A program made the translations under genes and the position numbers. Shown here one piece after another: positions 40,901-53,420 of a stretch of DNA of 64,000 nucleotides. The notes beneath the pieces were generated by a model that worked only from the letters and a program-made list of their open reading frames with translations, was not told the origin of the DNA and did no database searches. Origin of the DNA: Azolla caroliniana (lineage: Eukaryota; Plantae; Polypodiophyta); NCBI GenBank assembly GCA_043228905.1, contig JBHGNT010000004.1, positions 4,216,001 to 4,280,000 of the forward strand. Direction: 5' to 3'. The stretch's first letter is position 1. Each line of letters starts with the position of its first letter.

Positions 40901-41131
40901 TTTATCACCATCTAGAGGCAAAAAAGAAAGGAAGATGGAAGCAAACAAATAAAGGATGAGCGTGTGTGTGAGAGAGAGAGAGAGAACCTGAATGTAGAGA
41001 AGCAAAATCGCAACAAATTGCAAGTTATCGTAGTGTTGAAACCATGCCCTAATTTCAGCTCTGGCTATGGTGCACAGCATATTTTGGAAGCGCCTGATCC
41101 AGCAGCACATAGAAGACGAAGAAGAATACAA
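37902..41131 (-). CDS. Uncharacterised plant multi-pass membrane protein, resembling the Arabidopsis AT1G55535/AT3G13420 family as recalled. Exons: 41131-40988, 39652-39459, 38883-38565; last exon tentative 37931-37902
   Basis: The spliced product includes LLYIQVGCSLIGSLG, NLAIALFALIAIESSSQVLGRTY, LLDVAWFILF and VLGGSIYNPAYYASLF, with several hydrophobic helices. GT-AG phases are consistent. The start may be at M1 or the downstream MLC; the 3' exon is uncertain. Confidence 0.78.
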
Positions 41132-42537
41132 TGAGAAGGAAGGTGAAGGTGGAGAAGGGGAGGGAGATCAGAAGAGGAAGATCGATGGCGCAGCATCACT
41201 TCCTGCAGTTGATCTTTCTTATTGTTATATTAATCATTGTCTGCGTCTCAGTCTTCTATGCCATATATATACATATGTATATGGACATGAGTCATGACAT
41301 TCTGTATACAACATACATACATACATACATACATACATACATACATACATAATACATACTCTTGTGTGTCTTGATTATGACACTCATATACACAAAGAAG
41401 TCAAAATAAACACATGCACACACGTGAAGTTCTGGCCGAACATCTCTGTGAGTATCTTCAAAGGGGCACCCGAGGGGATGATAGGTCATTTGTAGGACTC
41501 AAACCCACCCAACTTCTTAAGGCGAGGTCATGGACCATGTCGGAGCAATCATAGACGCAAGAATGTGTATATGTACCCGTGAAGGTAGAGTATATGCATG
41601 GGGAACACGAGTTATGGCCCCTTGACTCTTGCATCTTGGAAGGTTGTAAATTGTCCAATCCATCCTTAAATGAGTGTCACAAAATTTCTATTTATGTTAA
41701 TCGATTAATATTGGCCCAAGCAGCCTAGAATCCTGGAACTATATCGGAAATCACAACTTCCAATTAGCACTCCATCATGTAACTACGACGGAATAACTTG
41801 TTACATAGCAAGACTATGTGGAAAAATCAAATTTAAAATATCATGCTTCATATACTAGTATGTGATCCCATTATGTTCTTGATAAGATTTGAGCAAGGAT
41901 GGATCTCTTGGGTAGTGTTATGCATTGGGTAAGCAAGTGCCATGGAGAATAACATTAGGGGATATGTCCAAAAGGAGAATATCCTAATGTTTTAGATCTT
42001 GGATTGACTACTGTTGGGATATTGTCTTGTTATGGACATGAAGTGACTTGATGTCTTTGGTTAGTACTCGTTGGAGACTACACTGCTTGCACTTTACTGG
42101 CATGGGCATTGGCATCATCAAGGGAAACAATGTAATGGGAGAATAAGATCGTGTAGAACCTAGGAATGAGTAAAGCACTTAAGTATTACAATCTTGAGTA
42201 CTTTACATATATTTGTTAACATCTGTTAAGTGTTGAAGTGCTAAGTTCACATTTATTTAGTGTTAACATTTTCTCCCTCCAATTAAACACAAGTAACTAT
42301 GAGTCATTTTTCATAATCCATTTTATTTATCCCTAGGCCTAGACACAAGTATTGATCAATAGTAAATTGTAATTAGAGATAATAACTATATTCTCTTTCC
42401 AAAATGATTTAGTCTTAGGAAAAAGAATAATAGTACATTCAAGCAGCTCAAGTGTATATTTGAAGGATTTCAGATAAAAGTTCTCTACAGTTTTAACCAC
42501 AACCACCACACAAACTCAATATTCACTCTTCTTGTGT

Positions 42538-43700
42538 TGAACCATTGTGTACAGGGTCTAAATTGTCAACAAAAACCATTGTGATGATCTCGATTCATAA
42601 CTGTAAGGACCCTACCGGCCACAACCGGTTCTCACTAAGGCGTATGCGGGTGCAAAGATTTAACCGACAAAAAACACAGAAGATAGAAAGCAAAAGTACA
42701 GAGACACAAGGTTTTAATGTGGAAAACCCGGAAAGGGAAAAACCACCGGAGTCAACAAACTCCAAACTATATCGCTATAGGAGAAAGGAATACAACAAGA
42801 ACCGGCAAGGCTACGACCTTGAGTTCTTCTTCGTCAGACCAACGGTTACAATAGAGTTACAACCTTTTCACTCTCTCTCCTACACTCTCTTAGTTACAAG
42901 GCAACAACCTATAGTAACTGTACATCAACAATAATTATTCATCATCATGTAATGACTTACCCTAGTTGTATTTATACTAATACAACTTTAGGGCTATTTA
43001 CAATTCTAGCCCAAAAAAGGTGCAACAAAACCTATTTACAAAGATGCCCATTTCTGAATACTTCATCCAGATCCGGTCTTTCTTCTTCCTCCTCGGATTC
43101 AACTAATCTGGTTCATGCTCTGCTTCCCATTCGGTTGGTTCCTCTTACTTCAGTCCAACTCGTGCTCTCCTGTCCATCCGGAGGGATCTGCTTCCTAACA
43201 ATAACCTCTCGCTAATTTCTATTGTGTGAAGCCTTTAAATAGCTCCCATTGTGTTTAAAACCAAAATAATCATTGTGTTGAGGTTTAAAAACTCATCGAA
43301 AACCATCATGTTGACCATGTGGAATTGAACCATTTTGTAGAGACTGTCTATAAATTTAACAAATCAAATATTGTGCATAAACAATTGTAACCATCATGTT
43401 AAGGTTGAAACTGCTCAACCAGAACCATTATGTGGACCTGATTGTCAGCCATTGTGCCAAGGGTTAAAGGACCCAACATCAACTACCATGCAGAGTTCAC
43501 ACACAACCATCTTGTTGAGATTCATTCATAACTATACCCCAAACTACAACCATCATGTAGAGTTTTGACCCCCAAACTACAACAATTATGTCGAGGTTTA
43601 AAAGCCTCAAATATCAACTATCATCTTGAATTCAAGCACGACCATTGTGCTAAGGGATTCAATATCAACCATTGTGTAAAAAACCAAAATAGTCAACAAC
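42538..43700 (+). repeat. Array of ACCATTGTG/ACCATCATG motifs, possibly subterminal repeats of an old DNA transposon, interrupted by a solo LTR
   Basis: About 15 variants, at ~42541, 42575, 43246, 43302, 43390, 43449, 43548, 43641, 43668 and others. Confidence 0.6.
42602..43200 (-). mobile_element. Solo LTR (599 bp), copia-like
   Basis: Inverted termini TGTAAGGA...TCCTAACA. 5-bp TSD ATAAC at 42597-42601 and 43201-43205. Contains GTGGAAAACCC..GGGAAAAACCAC, typical of antisense copia LTRs. Confidence 0.85.
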
Positions 43701-43891
43701 TTCCATCTGTTACCCGGACGAGAGGTACAAGGATGGATAAGGGTGAAAGTCTATAGTTTTGTTGTTGTGTATGTGCAAATGTGCACGAGAGTGTGAATGT
43801 GAGTATATGTGTATTTGTATGAACACATGCACATGTGTGTGCATGTGGATAGATATGAAAGGGTCTGTGTGAATGGATAGAGGGGTATACG

Positions 43892-44169
43892 TGAAGCGTA
43901 AGTGTATGCGGAAACGTATGAGGATCTGTCTTAGTTCATACTCAGAAAACAACACAGAAAGAGAAGCAAAGATATACACAAATTGAAGCTTTAATGGAAG
44001 CTCTATTACGTTCTCTGTGTCTTGCTCTCAGAGACTCGATATATAATATATAATCAAGAAGATCATCACTTTACAATGTTAGGTTATTACTTATATATAC
44101 TAATCCCTAACTATGTCGACGAGTTCACACTAGGATATAAAGTGGAAGGAGTCGGCCTTTTATGCAACA
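43892..44169 (-). repeat. Copia 3' LTR
   Basis: Direct repeat of 49251-49528. Confidence 0.93.
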
Positions 44170-44786
44170 AACTCCCTTGTAAAAGGACTACTCTTTCTTA
44201 CTTATACAAAAGTTTGGGGTTGTCTCCCCCGTAAACCTAGATTACAACACTAATCTAAATTTATCTTACAAGTCGGTCGGCATATAGTTGAGTCGGCATA
44301 GGTGAGGGCCGTGTTGAGCCTAGCATGGCTCATTATCATGATTGATTCGTTCTCAGTCGGCTTTCTTCTGCTCGATCGCTTGTCATAGTCCCATCTTTTT
44401 CCTTAGTGCTCCGAAGCATTGATGTAGGAGTAGCTTTGTCAGGTAATCGGGGATGTTCACCTCGGTGTCAATCTTCCGTATCTCGAGCTTCTTCTCAGTT
44501 GTGAGCTCCCAGATGTGATGATACTACACCTCAATGTGCTTTGTCTTTGCGTGATAGACATAATTGTTGATGAGGTGTATTGCGCTCTATGATTCACAAT
44601 AGATGGTTGGCACAGGTCAGTCGGTTTGGCATATAGCTGAGAAGTCGGCAGACAGTCGATGCAACCAGATCGCGTCCTTCGCTACCTTCGATGCTGCTAT
44701 GTACTCAATTTCTATGGTCAACAGAGTCGTGCACTCTTGAAGTTTCGACCTCCATGATATCGCATAGCCACCATAGGTGAAGATGT

Positions 44787-45111
44787 TGTTGGGGACAAGA
44801 CCGTCAATGTGGAAGTGCAAGCAACATTCGTGATGAAGAAGAAACTGTGTATGCATGAGCAAGATAGACACAAAGAGAGAGAGGGGGGGGGGGGGGGGGG
44901 GGGGGAGAGAGAGAGAGAGGCACAAAGGAAACGTTATATTCCAATAGCAACAGTTACAAATGACAACCAACCCTCACTAAAGGTTACAAAGTCACTTTAT
45001 ATAGTGATTGTCCTAGGGCAACTGCCCTTTATGCTCTTTACAGAAATAGCCCGAACTTGGGTTGTCCAAAGGGACAGTGTGAATATGGCCATTATACACT
45101 CGTATTCGACA
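44787..45111. mobile_element. Solo LTR (325 bp) nested in the copia RNase H region
   Basis: Termini TGTTG...CGACA. TSD GATGT at 44782-44786 and 45112-45116. Removing it restores STSGYIFTYGG. Confidence 0.88.
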
Positions 45112-46870
45112 GATGTAACCTGATGTCGATTTCCGATTGTCCATGTTCCCGGCATAGTCGGAATCCGTGTAGTCGTCAACTTTGGTTGAGGTTGTCAGTC
45201 CGAAACTCAGTTGTGCATCCATGGTTCCTTTCAGATACCTAAGGATATGCTTGACAGCCTCCCAATGCTTCCATCCTAGGTTTGACATGTACCGGCTGAT
45301 CACCCCCACGGCATGGACTAGGTCGGATTGGGTTGCCACCATTGCCTACATGATACTTCCTATGGCTAATGCGTAGGGCATCTTTCCATTAAGCTCTCTC
45401 TCCTTGTCCGTTGCAAGAGAGTCTCTATCCAATGGTATGATCGACATCGGAAGCGGTGTTCGTGCTGGCTTCACATTCTCCATATTGAAGCGCTTTAGCA
45501 CCTTCCGGATATAGTCGGATTGGGAGAGTCAAAGAGTCTTGATCGTCCGATTTCGCTCGATCCTCATGCCTAGTATGTGACGAGCTTGTCGGAGTTCCTT
45601 CATTGCGAACTTGTCGTGAAGGCTCTGCTTCAGCTTTCTGATCTCTGCTTGATTGCTTCCTGCAATCAACATGTCGTCAACATATAGGATCAGATAAATC
45701 CTAGACTCGTCGGCCAATTGCCGAGTGTACATACATGGGTTGGAGTTAGATCGGTGGTATCCAAGCTGCCTAATGTAGGAGTCAAACTTCTGGTACCACA
45801 TCCTCAGCACTTGTTTCAAGCCATATAGACTTTTCTTTAACCAACATATGAGGTGATTGTCCTCCCCCATCGCCGTGAATCCTGCCGATTGAGACATATC
45901 GATGTCTTCTTCCAGATCTCCATGTAGGAATGTCGTCTTTATGTCCATCTGCTCGGGCTCTAAATCTTCTGTCGCTACAACACCTAGTAGGAGTCGGAGG
46001 GTGGTCATCTTCACCAATGGTGAGAATATCTCGTCGTAGTCAACCCCGTATTCTTGTTTGAATCCCTTCGCGACGAGCCGAGCTTTGTACTTGGGTTTTT
46101 CTAAGTCAGATACATATTTGTATTGGAAAACCCATTTGTAGGGTAGCGGCTTCCTTCCAATTGGTAGTTCAACCAACTCCCATGTCTAATTCTTGTGAAT
46201 CGAGTCCATTTCAAATTTCATGGCTTGTAACCATGTGTCGGCGTCTATTGTGGCTATACCTTCTTCATAAGTGCTTGGTTCACCTGCATCGATGTAGTTG
46301 ACATAGTCGAGGCCCGGTTGAAAAAACTCTGTTGGCATTCGAGCTCGTCCAAATCTCCTGGGTGCCGAGATAAGTGGTTCGAATTCTTCGATCAACTCGG
46401 TTGGGCGATCGGTATTTGTTGAACCATTTGTGTCAAGAGTCTTGTTAAGTGACCGGCCCCCATGTTGGGACTTCAGCGGTGTCATACCGGTCTCCCTTGT
46501 GAGCTTTGTTGACTCGGTTCTATCTTGGACTTCCATCTTATTGACTGTGCCTTTTTCGACTCTTGTCGATTCGGCTATGTCTTTGATGACTTTGTCTTTG
46601 AGTGCGACAATTGGACTTGTTGCTGATTCAGAGTCGACATGTATATTGTCAGCTTGTTCAAGTTCGACTGTTTGTCAAATCTCTTATTCGGCTTGGTGGG
46701 TCGGTTCTTCTATGGCAACTATGTCGTCTTCGAAGGATACCTTCTTACCAACTGTTCTCTGTTGGTTCTGCTGAGAGAAGATAGAATCTTCATTGAAGAC
46801 TACATCAATGCTCCGAATCAGTTTCCGGTTCTCGGGGTCCCATAGCCTGTAGCCAAATTCCCTATCAGTT

Positions 46871-47208
46871 CCATAATAGAGAAATATGCATTTTGTTGCA
46901 TGGGGTGCCAATTTTGTCCTTTTATCCCTGGGGATGAACGCGTAGGCTTTGCATCCAAATATACAAAGCCTATCATAGGTTGGATGTTTGCCTGACCATA
47001 GTGCCTGTCGCACTTCGAGCCTGATTGCTCTTGATGGTGCCATAATAGAGAAATATGCATTTTGTTGCATGGGGTGCCAATTTTGTCCTTTTATCCCTGG
47101 GGATGAACGCGTAGGCTTCGCATCCAAATATACAGAGCCTATCATAGGTTGGATGTTTGCCTGACCATAGTGCCTGTGGCACTTCGAGCCTGATTGCTCT
47201 TGATGGTG
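46871..47208. repeat. 169-bp tandem duplication within the copia integrase C-terminal region
   Basis: CCATAATAGAGAAATATGCATTTTG starts at 46871 and 47040. The peptide QALWSGKHPTYDRLCIFGC occurs twice. Confidence 0.92.
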
Positions 47209-49250
47209 CCAGATTTATCAGGTATATTGTTGTCTGCAAAGCTTCTGCCCAGAATTCCAACTTCAGTCTGGCTTGCTGGAGCATTGTCGTCACGCTCTCC
47301 TGGATCGTTCTGTTGATCCGTTCTACCACTCCATTTTGCATGGGTGTGTAGGGAACAGTCTTTTGATGTGGGGTCCCTTTGTTGGACAAGTACTGTTTGA
47401 AGGCTCTGGAGGTGTACTCACCTCCATTGCCGGATCTGAGTGTCTTCATTCTGTGTCCCGACCGGTTCTCTACTTCAAATGTCCACCGAATGAAGACCTC
47501 GAGCGCTTCTTCTTTGAACCTGATCAAGTAGGCCAAGACCTTCCGTGTACAATCATCTAAAAAGGTGATGAAGTACCATGAGCCTCCTAGTGATCGCTCT
47601 AGCATGGGCGCACATATATCTACGTGCACGAGCTCTAGGGGCTTTCGTACCGTCTCATAGTGGAGAGTGTGCGGACTTCGGGTTTGTTTCCCTTATCGAC
47701 AATGCTCACAGAAGTCTGTCTTCACTTGGAGTTTTGGGATGTAGTCTACCGCCATTAGCCGATCAAGTTTGAATTGAGACATGTGATCGCGTCGGCCATG
47801 CCATTAGTTTGGGCTGGTCTTTTCGGCTACGTTCAGGGCCCCTTCTGGATTGATCGCCATTAATGGGTACATGTTGTTGTACTTGTGCCCACTCCCGATT
47901 TTGAGGTTTCCTCGGCTGATCATCCATGTTGACTCACTAAGAGTCGTTCGATACCCGTCTTCGGCTAGCATGCGGATGGAGACCAGACTCCTTTTCAAAT
48001 CGGGTACGTGCCGAACTCGGTGCAGGGTTATTGTGTTGCCATTGGGCAATCGGATGGGAACCCTCTCCGATCCCTGCTATTCTGCACTCCTGCCCGTTTC
48101 CTAGTCGCATTGTGACGTTGGCGTCGGCTGAAGAGTTTGAAAACCATTCAATGTTGGGGGTCACATGGAATGTGGCACCGAAATCTAGTAACCACGTGTG
48201 TGCATCTTGTGCACATTATAGGACTTCTCCGATCATTGAATCCTCTAAGGAGAGAACTTCTCCTGGTAGGGAGTCAGCAATGTTGTTTTGGTTGCCGACT
48301 GGAGTGTGGTCCGAGTCGGGTCGTCCTCGATTCCGCTCGGATCGCTGATCACTCTCTTTCCTCTTGATTGACCAGCAGTCAGAAACATTGTGGCCAACTT
48401 TTATGCAGTGTGTGCAAAATTCGCCTGATCAGCTCGTTCTCGACTTCGATCGTTATCGGTCTCCCCTTGTTTTTGATCAATTGGTATTCTAACTGGTTTT
48501 GTCGGCTTGTTCTCTCATTCAACTCTGTCGGTCGAACAACTCGGTCGAGTGATGGGCTTCTGCCAATGCATCGATTGTAAGACCCATCGATTTTCGCTGA
48601 ATGTCCTCGGCGAGGACTTGGCCGATCGTCTCATCCAGATTTAGGATTGGTCGGCTATTAACGTATGTTTTGCAGAATACCTCCCAACTCGCCGGTAAGC
48701 TCGATAGGAGGGCAAGGGCTTTCACTTCTTCTTTGAAGTTGATCCCTTGTGAGGAGAGTTCTGACAACACCCGACTGAAGGTGTTGATATGGGAGGTAGT
48801 TGGATCGGTCTCTCTCATATTCATGTTGAACAATTGTTCGATCAAAATCAATTTTGAAGATGAGGACTTTTTCTCGTACACGGCTTGTAAGTTTCTCCCA
48901 TAGTGAGAACGATGTCGTCTCTTTTGCCATGCTAAAGTAAACGTTTTCGGCTAGGTGCATTCGAATGGTGGAGCGTGTGATTTCGTCCATTGATCTCCAC
49001 TCATCGGTTGACATTGAAGCAGGCTTTTTGGAGTGCCGAATGGCCTCGGCCTGTCTTCGAATAATCAGTACATCCTGCATTATCCCCTTCCATAGGGCAA
49101 AGTTTTTGCCATCGAATTTTCGGATTTCAACTCCTGTACCGAATGTTGATGCCATGATTCTCTCGGAAGTGAGATTTACTAACCTGGTCTTTTCTTTCAG
49201 CCTTTTCTGTTCTCTGTTGCCGCCGAGCAGCAGATCGCTCTGATACCAGT

Positions 49251-49528
49251 TGAAGTGTAAGTGTATGCAGAAACGTATGAGGATTTGTCTCAGTTCGTAC
49301 TAAAAAAACAACACAAAAAGAGAAGCAAAGATATACACAAATTGAAGCTTTAATGGAAGCTCTATTACGTTCTCTATGTGTGTGTCTCAAAGACTCGATA
49401 TATAATATATAATCAAGAAGATCATCACTTTTCAACGTTAGGTTATTGCTTATATATACTAAGCCCTAATTATGTGGACGAGTTCACACTAGGATACAAC
49501 TGGAAGGAATTGGCCTTTTATGCCAACA
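49251..49528 (-). repeat. Copia 5' LTR
   Basis: Adjacent to the PBS; direct repeat of 43892-44169. Confidence 0.93.
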
Positions 49529-50009
49529 ATACGCCCCTGTGTATCACGTTGATATGTAGCCCTGATTGTACTATTTAACCCCACATGGGGCATCTATGAA
49601 TAACAAGAAAAATCTCCCTCTCTAATCTCTCTCTTTGACGACTCTCTCTCACTCTCTCTTTATCTCTCCCTCACGTTGAACCCCCTTGGGAGGGGAGTGG
49701 AGCCATTCTAGGTGCCACTCCCCACCCCATCGTCAAACTACTTGCCTGCCTATTGTAATCTTTCCAATTTCTTTTGTATTCTTTCCAGTTCGTTCTGTAA
49801 ACTTTTTGATAATGTCCACATTTTATCGAATATGTTTCATGAGATTCCCTTCTTCTCTTGTATTTATAGCTTTTTGTAAGAAAGTGTTGATGGGATGATA
49901 AGAATGGTTACAATCGCCACATGATAATGGGGTGGGGGGTGGAACCTAGATGTTGTGGGGTGGGGGTGGAGCCTAGAATGGATCCACCCCCCTCCCAAGG
50001 GGGCTCAAC

Positions 50010-50048
<39 letters not shown>

Positions 50049-52995
50049 TTTTCTTGTCATTCATAGATGCCCCATGTGGGGTTAAATAGTACAATGAGGG
50101 TTACATATAATAATGATACATAGGCGTGCACCCCTCTATCCATTCACACACACCATTCACTCACACCCTTTCATATCTATCCACATGCACACACATGTGC
50201 ATGTGTTCATACAAATACGCATATACTCACACTCACACTCACTCTAGTGCACATTTGCACATACACAACAACAAAACTATAGACTTTCACCCTTATCCAT
50301 CCCCGTACCTCTCGCATAGGTAACACCATCAAATCTAGTTGACTCTACATTAGACATGTCTACTAATAGGTTCATAATAACCTCTACAAAGTACACGAAG
50401 TGCACCCCCCTCTAAAGCCCAAACACAAAAAGACTAATGTCAAACTTGGAGGTTCGTTTAAAATTATAGTTCTAAACAATAATTGTGAGTTGAACAAGAC
50501 AAGACCAACTAGCATATCCATTTCTCCCTCCCTTTGAGAAGGGTTGGCCAAAGTTTACATTTAGAAGACCAATTCGAAAAGATGCAATGCTTGAACTCAA
50601 ATTTAGAGGCATAACCTTTAGGACCAATTCGAAAGGTAAGTTAACATGTTAAAGGTAGGATAATTGGGAAACTAGCTAGATGGGAAAAAAACTATCCTTG
50701 TTTCAAGCATTTGGATATAAACATTGTTCCTTCTGAGTTTGCCATTTGCTACAACCAAAGGGCTCCCCCATTTCACCCAATAGTCATAACTTATTGTACT
50801 AACATGCATTTCAATGTCCATATCATCAAGACTATTTTTATATTCACTATCACAAACAGAGATAAGCTTATATCGCAATCTTTGAATGGTGATGCTCTTA
50901 AAGTGTATACTCATCCCATCTATTCAAGGTCTCTATGAGGACTTCGTTTCCTTCTAGGGTTATGGATATAGGTTCCTAGTACTTAACACATAGTTTGTCT
51001 CTATTTTTCCCAAGGCCATTGTGCAAGGGTTTGGGATTCGACCTCAAAACATCTTTTGATTGTATTCAACAACTTGTTTGGATAAGATATGACCCGAACC
51101 TTTGTGCTCTAAATCCACATATCTCAACCTCCTCTATATTCCCCTTATGTATGATTGTACTTTAGAGGTAAGCAGTTGTTGCAAGAAGATCACATTAACT
51201 TCTCCTTTTTGTAACCTTAACCCCCATCAACATATGGTTGTGGTGTTTGATCCTCAAGAAGTGTCAACCGTTCTGTACTATAGGTATCTATATATCTTGA
51301 AACGCCCATTCTTACAACTAGTTGAGCTCTATGCTTCTTACATCGCTAGAAACTTTCTTGCATATTGAGAGAACACTTTGTCATAGTATTCTAAATCATT
51401 ACGAATTTGTGCTTCCTTGGCTCGTGGTCCAAACACCTTAGGCAATGATTAGGGTCCTCCACCAAGGGTCCTTTTCATAACCAATCATTTAATGTTGACC
51501 AATAGCTATTTGGATAGTGCATGACAAATGCTTACACCACTTACAATATCATATTTGTCTCTAGTTTAAGTATGGTCTTTCATGGCCCATGTGGTACGTG
51601 GTACGTGGTACATGGGACATCATACATTTTCTCTTTCAAAGTAGCGTGTCAACTTTTTGACATCTCGTTGAGGTATCATATGTGTAAATGTGGATGACAT
51701 TGCCCTGTATGGATTTATGGTTATGATGGTAGCTAGTTGAAACCTTGTCATTAGATTCTCCATGATCATAAGTATGGAAAAAAGATTTACTAGAGAATGA
51801 TATACACTGATGTTAAGCGGTCACAAGACATACTAACAAAATGGCTAGTTGAACTATAGGTTAAGAGCTAATGTCCATAAATGTGAATAGGGACATAATT
51901 CTACGATGTATTGTAAATTTAAGCTTTTATATTTATGATTCTACATTCTTGAGTCCTACCTTATGTTAGAGTGTCATCCTTGGCCGCTTGTGATCATTTT
52001 CTTTCTTTTCCCTAATTATAGCTTAACTTTTTCATCTGAAGCTTAAGCAATTGAATTAAACTCTTGTAAAAATGTGATTGATGAGGAACAAGGATATGTT
52101 GTTGGCTAAGGGTGTGTGTATTTTAAATTCTTTCTTGAATCCAACTTTAAGTGATTGAGTGTGGGTTTAGTCATCTCATATGTTAATCGAGAGCATGAAG
52201 TGAGGAAAGTAAAGCAATGGGAAGAGCCAAAAAGTTGGGTTTTAAGTGTTTTCCTAGCTTTGTCCCCTTTCACGTTGTCCTATCATAGAACTAAATAGAT
52301 ATATTATAATATGGTTTTTGCTAATATGATTACTCACAAAGTTTCATTTCTAACTATGTGATAATCTTCACAACTAGATGGGGATTGATGTGCACAATTT
52401 TTTGACGTCATGTAACATGTAGGGTAGTATTTAGTCAACGTATTCTTGACATGAGTCCATGTTCTAATTTTAAAAAACAAGTAGATAATCTTTGTAATAT
52501 TGCGATAGCCAACACGACCTCCCACTAAATTTTATTTTGATATTATGTCATTGTTGTGAACTTTACTCAACATGTGGTGCTCGTTACAAGCATATGCATA
52601 GTCATATCCTAATAGTCTCCATTAATAAACATATTCTCACAATAAATACATAGAAAACTTTGTGTGGTTTTTCAATTCATCTTGACTTTTTTTCACTAAT
52701 AATTAAACTTGATGATAGCTTTCATTCACTTAATAACACCATGTTACCTATTAGCCATGTTATATAGAATTAGACGATTTTTGTGTCTACTTTGTAAATG
52801 TACTTTAAGTGTCAAACTTTTCCATGTAGGAACACAAGAGAAAATTTTGGGTTTTGAGCAAGGCAACACAAATATGTAGCCTTTGCACACAAGTCCACTA
52901 GAAGGGGCATTCAAAGTTGTGTTCAAGGCAACTTACAAGGACCACATGGTTAAAGGGGAGATAAAAAGTTATATTGTGAATAGGATAACAATGCA

Positions 52996-53420
52996 TCTTA
53001 TTCATGAAAAATCTGGATATCTAAATAGGCTATCAAAGTGCCTGATGTCACGTAGCTAAGCATTGACACACAAATGAAAACAACACAATGAACACATAAT
53101 TAGACATTGCAAAAGATTAACATGTTTAGTATAAATACCTTGTGACAAGTTATAACTTATAATAACTATAAATATCTTGTGACCAATATGTAGAGAAATG
53201 ATCATTGTCTTCTCTTATTCATGAAAAATATGGATTTTTACGTAGGCCATCAACGTGCATGATGTAACGTAATTAAGCATTGAGACATGAATGAAAATAC
53301 CACATAATCAGGCATTGTAGAAGATTAACATGTTTAGTATAAACACTTTGTGACACATTATAACCTATAACTATAATTACCTTGTGACAAGTCTATAGGG
53401 CAATGATCATTGTTTTCTCT
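52996..53420. repeat. Diverged tandem duplication, unit ~215 bp
   Basis: TCTTATTCATGAAAAAT at ~52996 and ~53213. AGATTAACATGTTTAGTATAAA at ~53114 and ~53322. Confidence 0.75.

Larger units (their letters stand above)
43892..49528 (-). mobile_element. Full-length but decayed Ty1/copia LTR retrotransposon (Tnt1/Tork-like)
   Basis: 278-bp LTRs at 43892-44169 and 49251-49528 (TG..CA). TSD ATACG at 43887-43891 and 49529-49533. Met-tRNA PBS TGGTATCAGAGC at 49237-49248 (minus). PPT next to 44170. Gag KFDGKNFALWK, integrase HVDIC..GGEY..PMQNGVVER, RT YKARLVAKG, SLYGLKQ and LYVDDML, RNase H YTDSDYAG. Confidence 0.96.
43708..50325. mobile_element. Non-coding foldback element (~976 bp once the copia insertion is removed) with ~380-400-bp terminal inverted repeats
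   Basis: The left arm (43708-43891 plus 49534-~49735) is the reverse complement of the right arm (~49950-50325). Termini are TGTTACC...GGTAACA. 5-bp TSD CCATC at 43703-43707 and 50326-50330. Confidence 0.88.

Noticed and set aside
41380-42270. Possible LTR remnants upstream of the membrane-protein gene
   Set aside because: TG/CA-like ends are present, but no matching TSD, PBS or partner LTR could be established.
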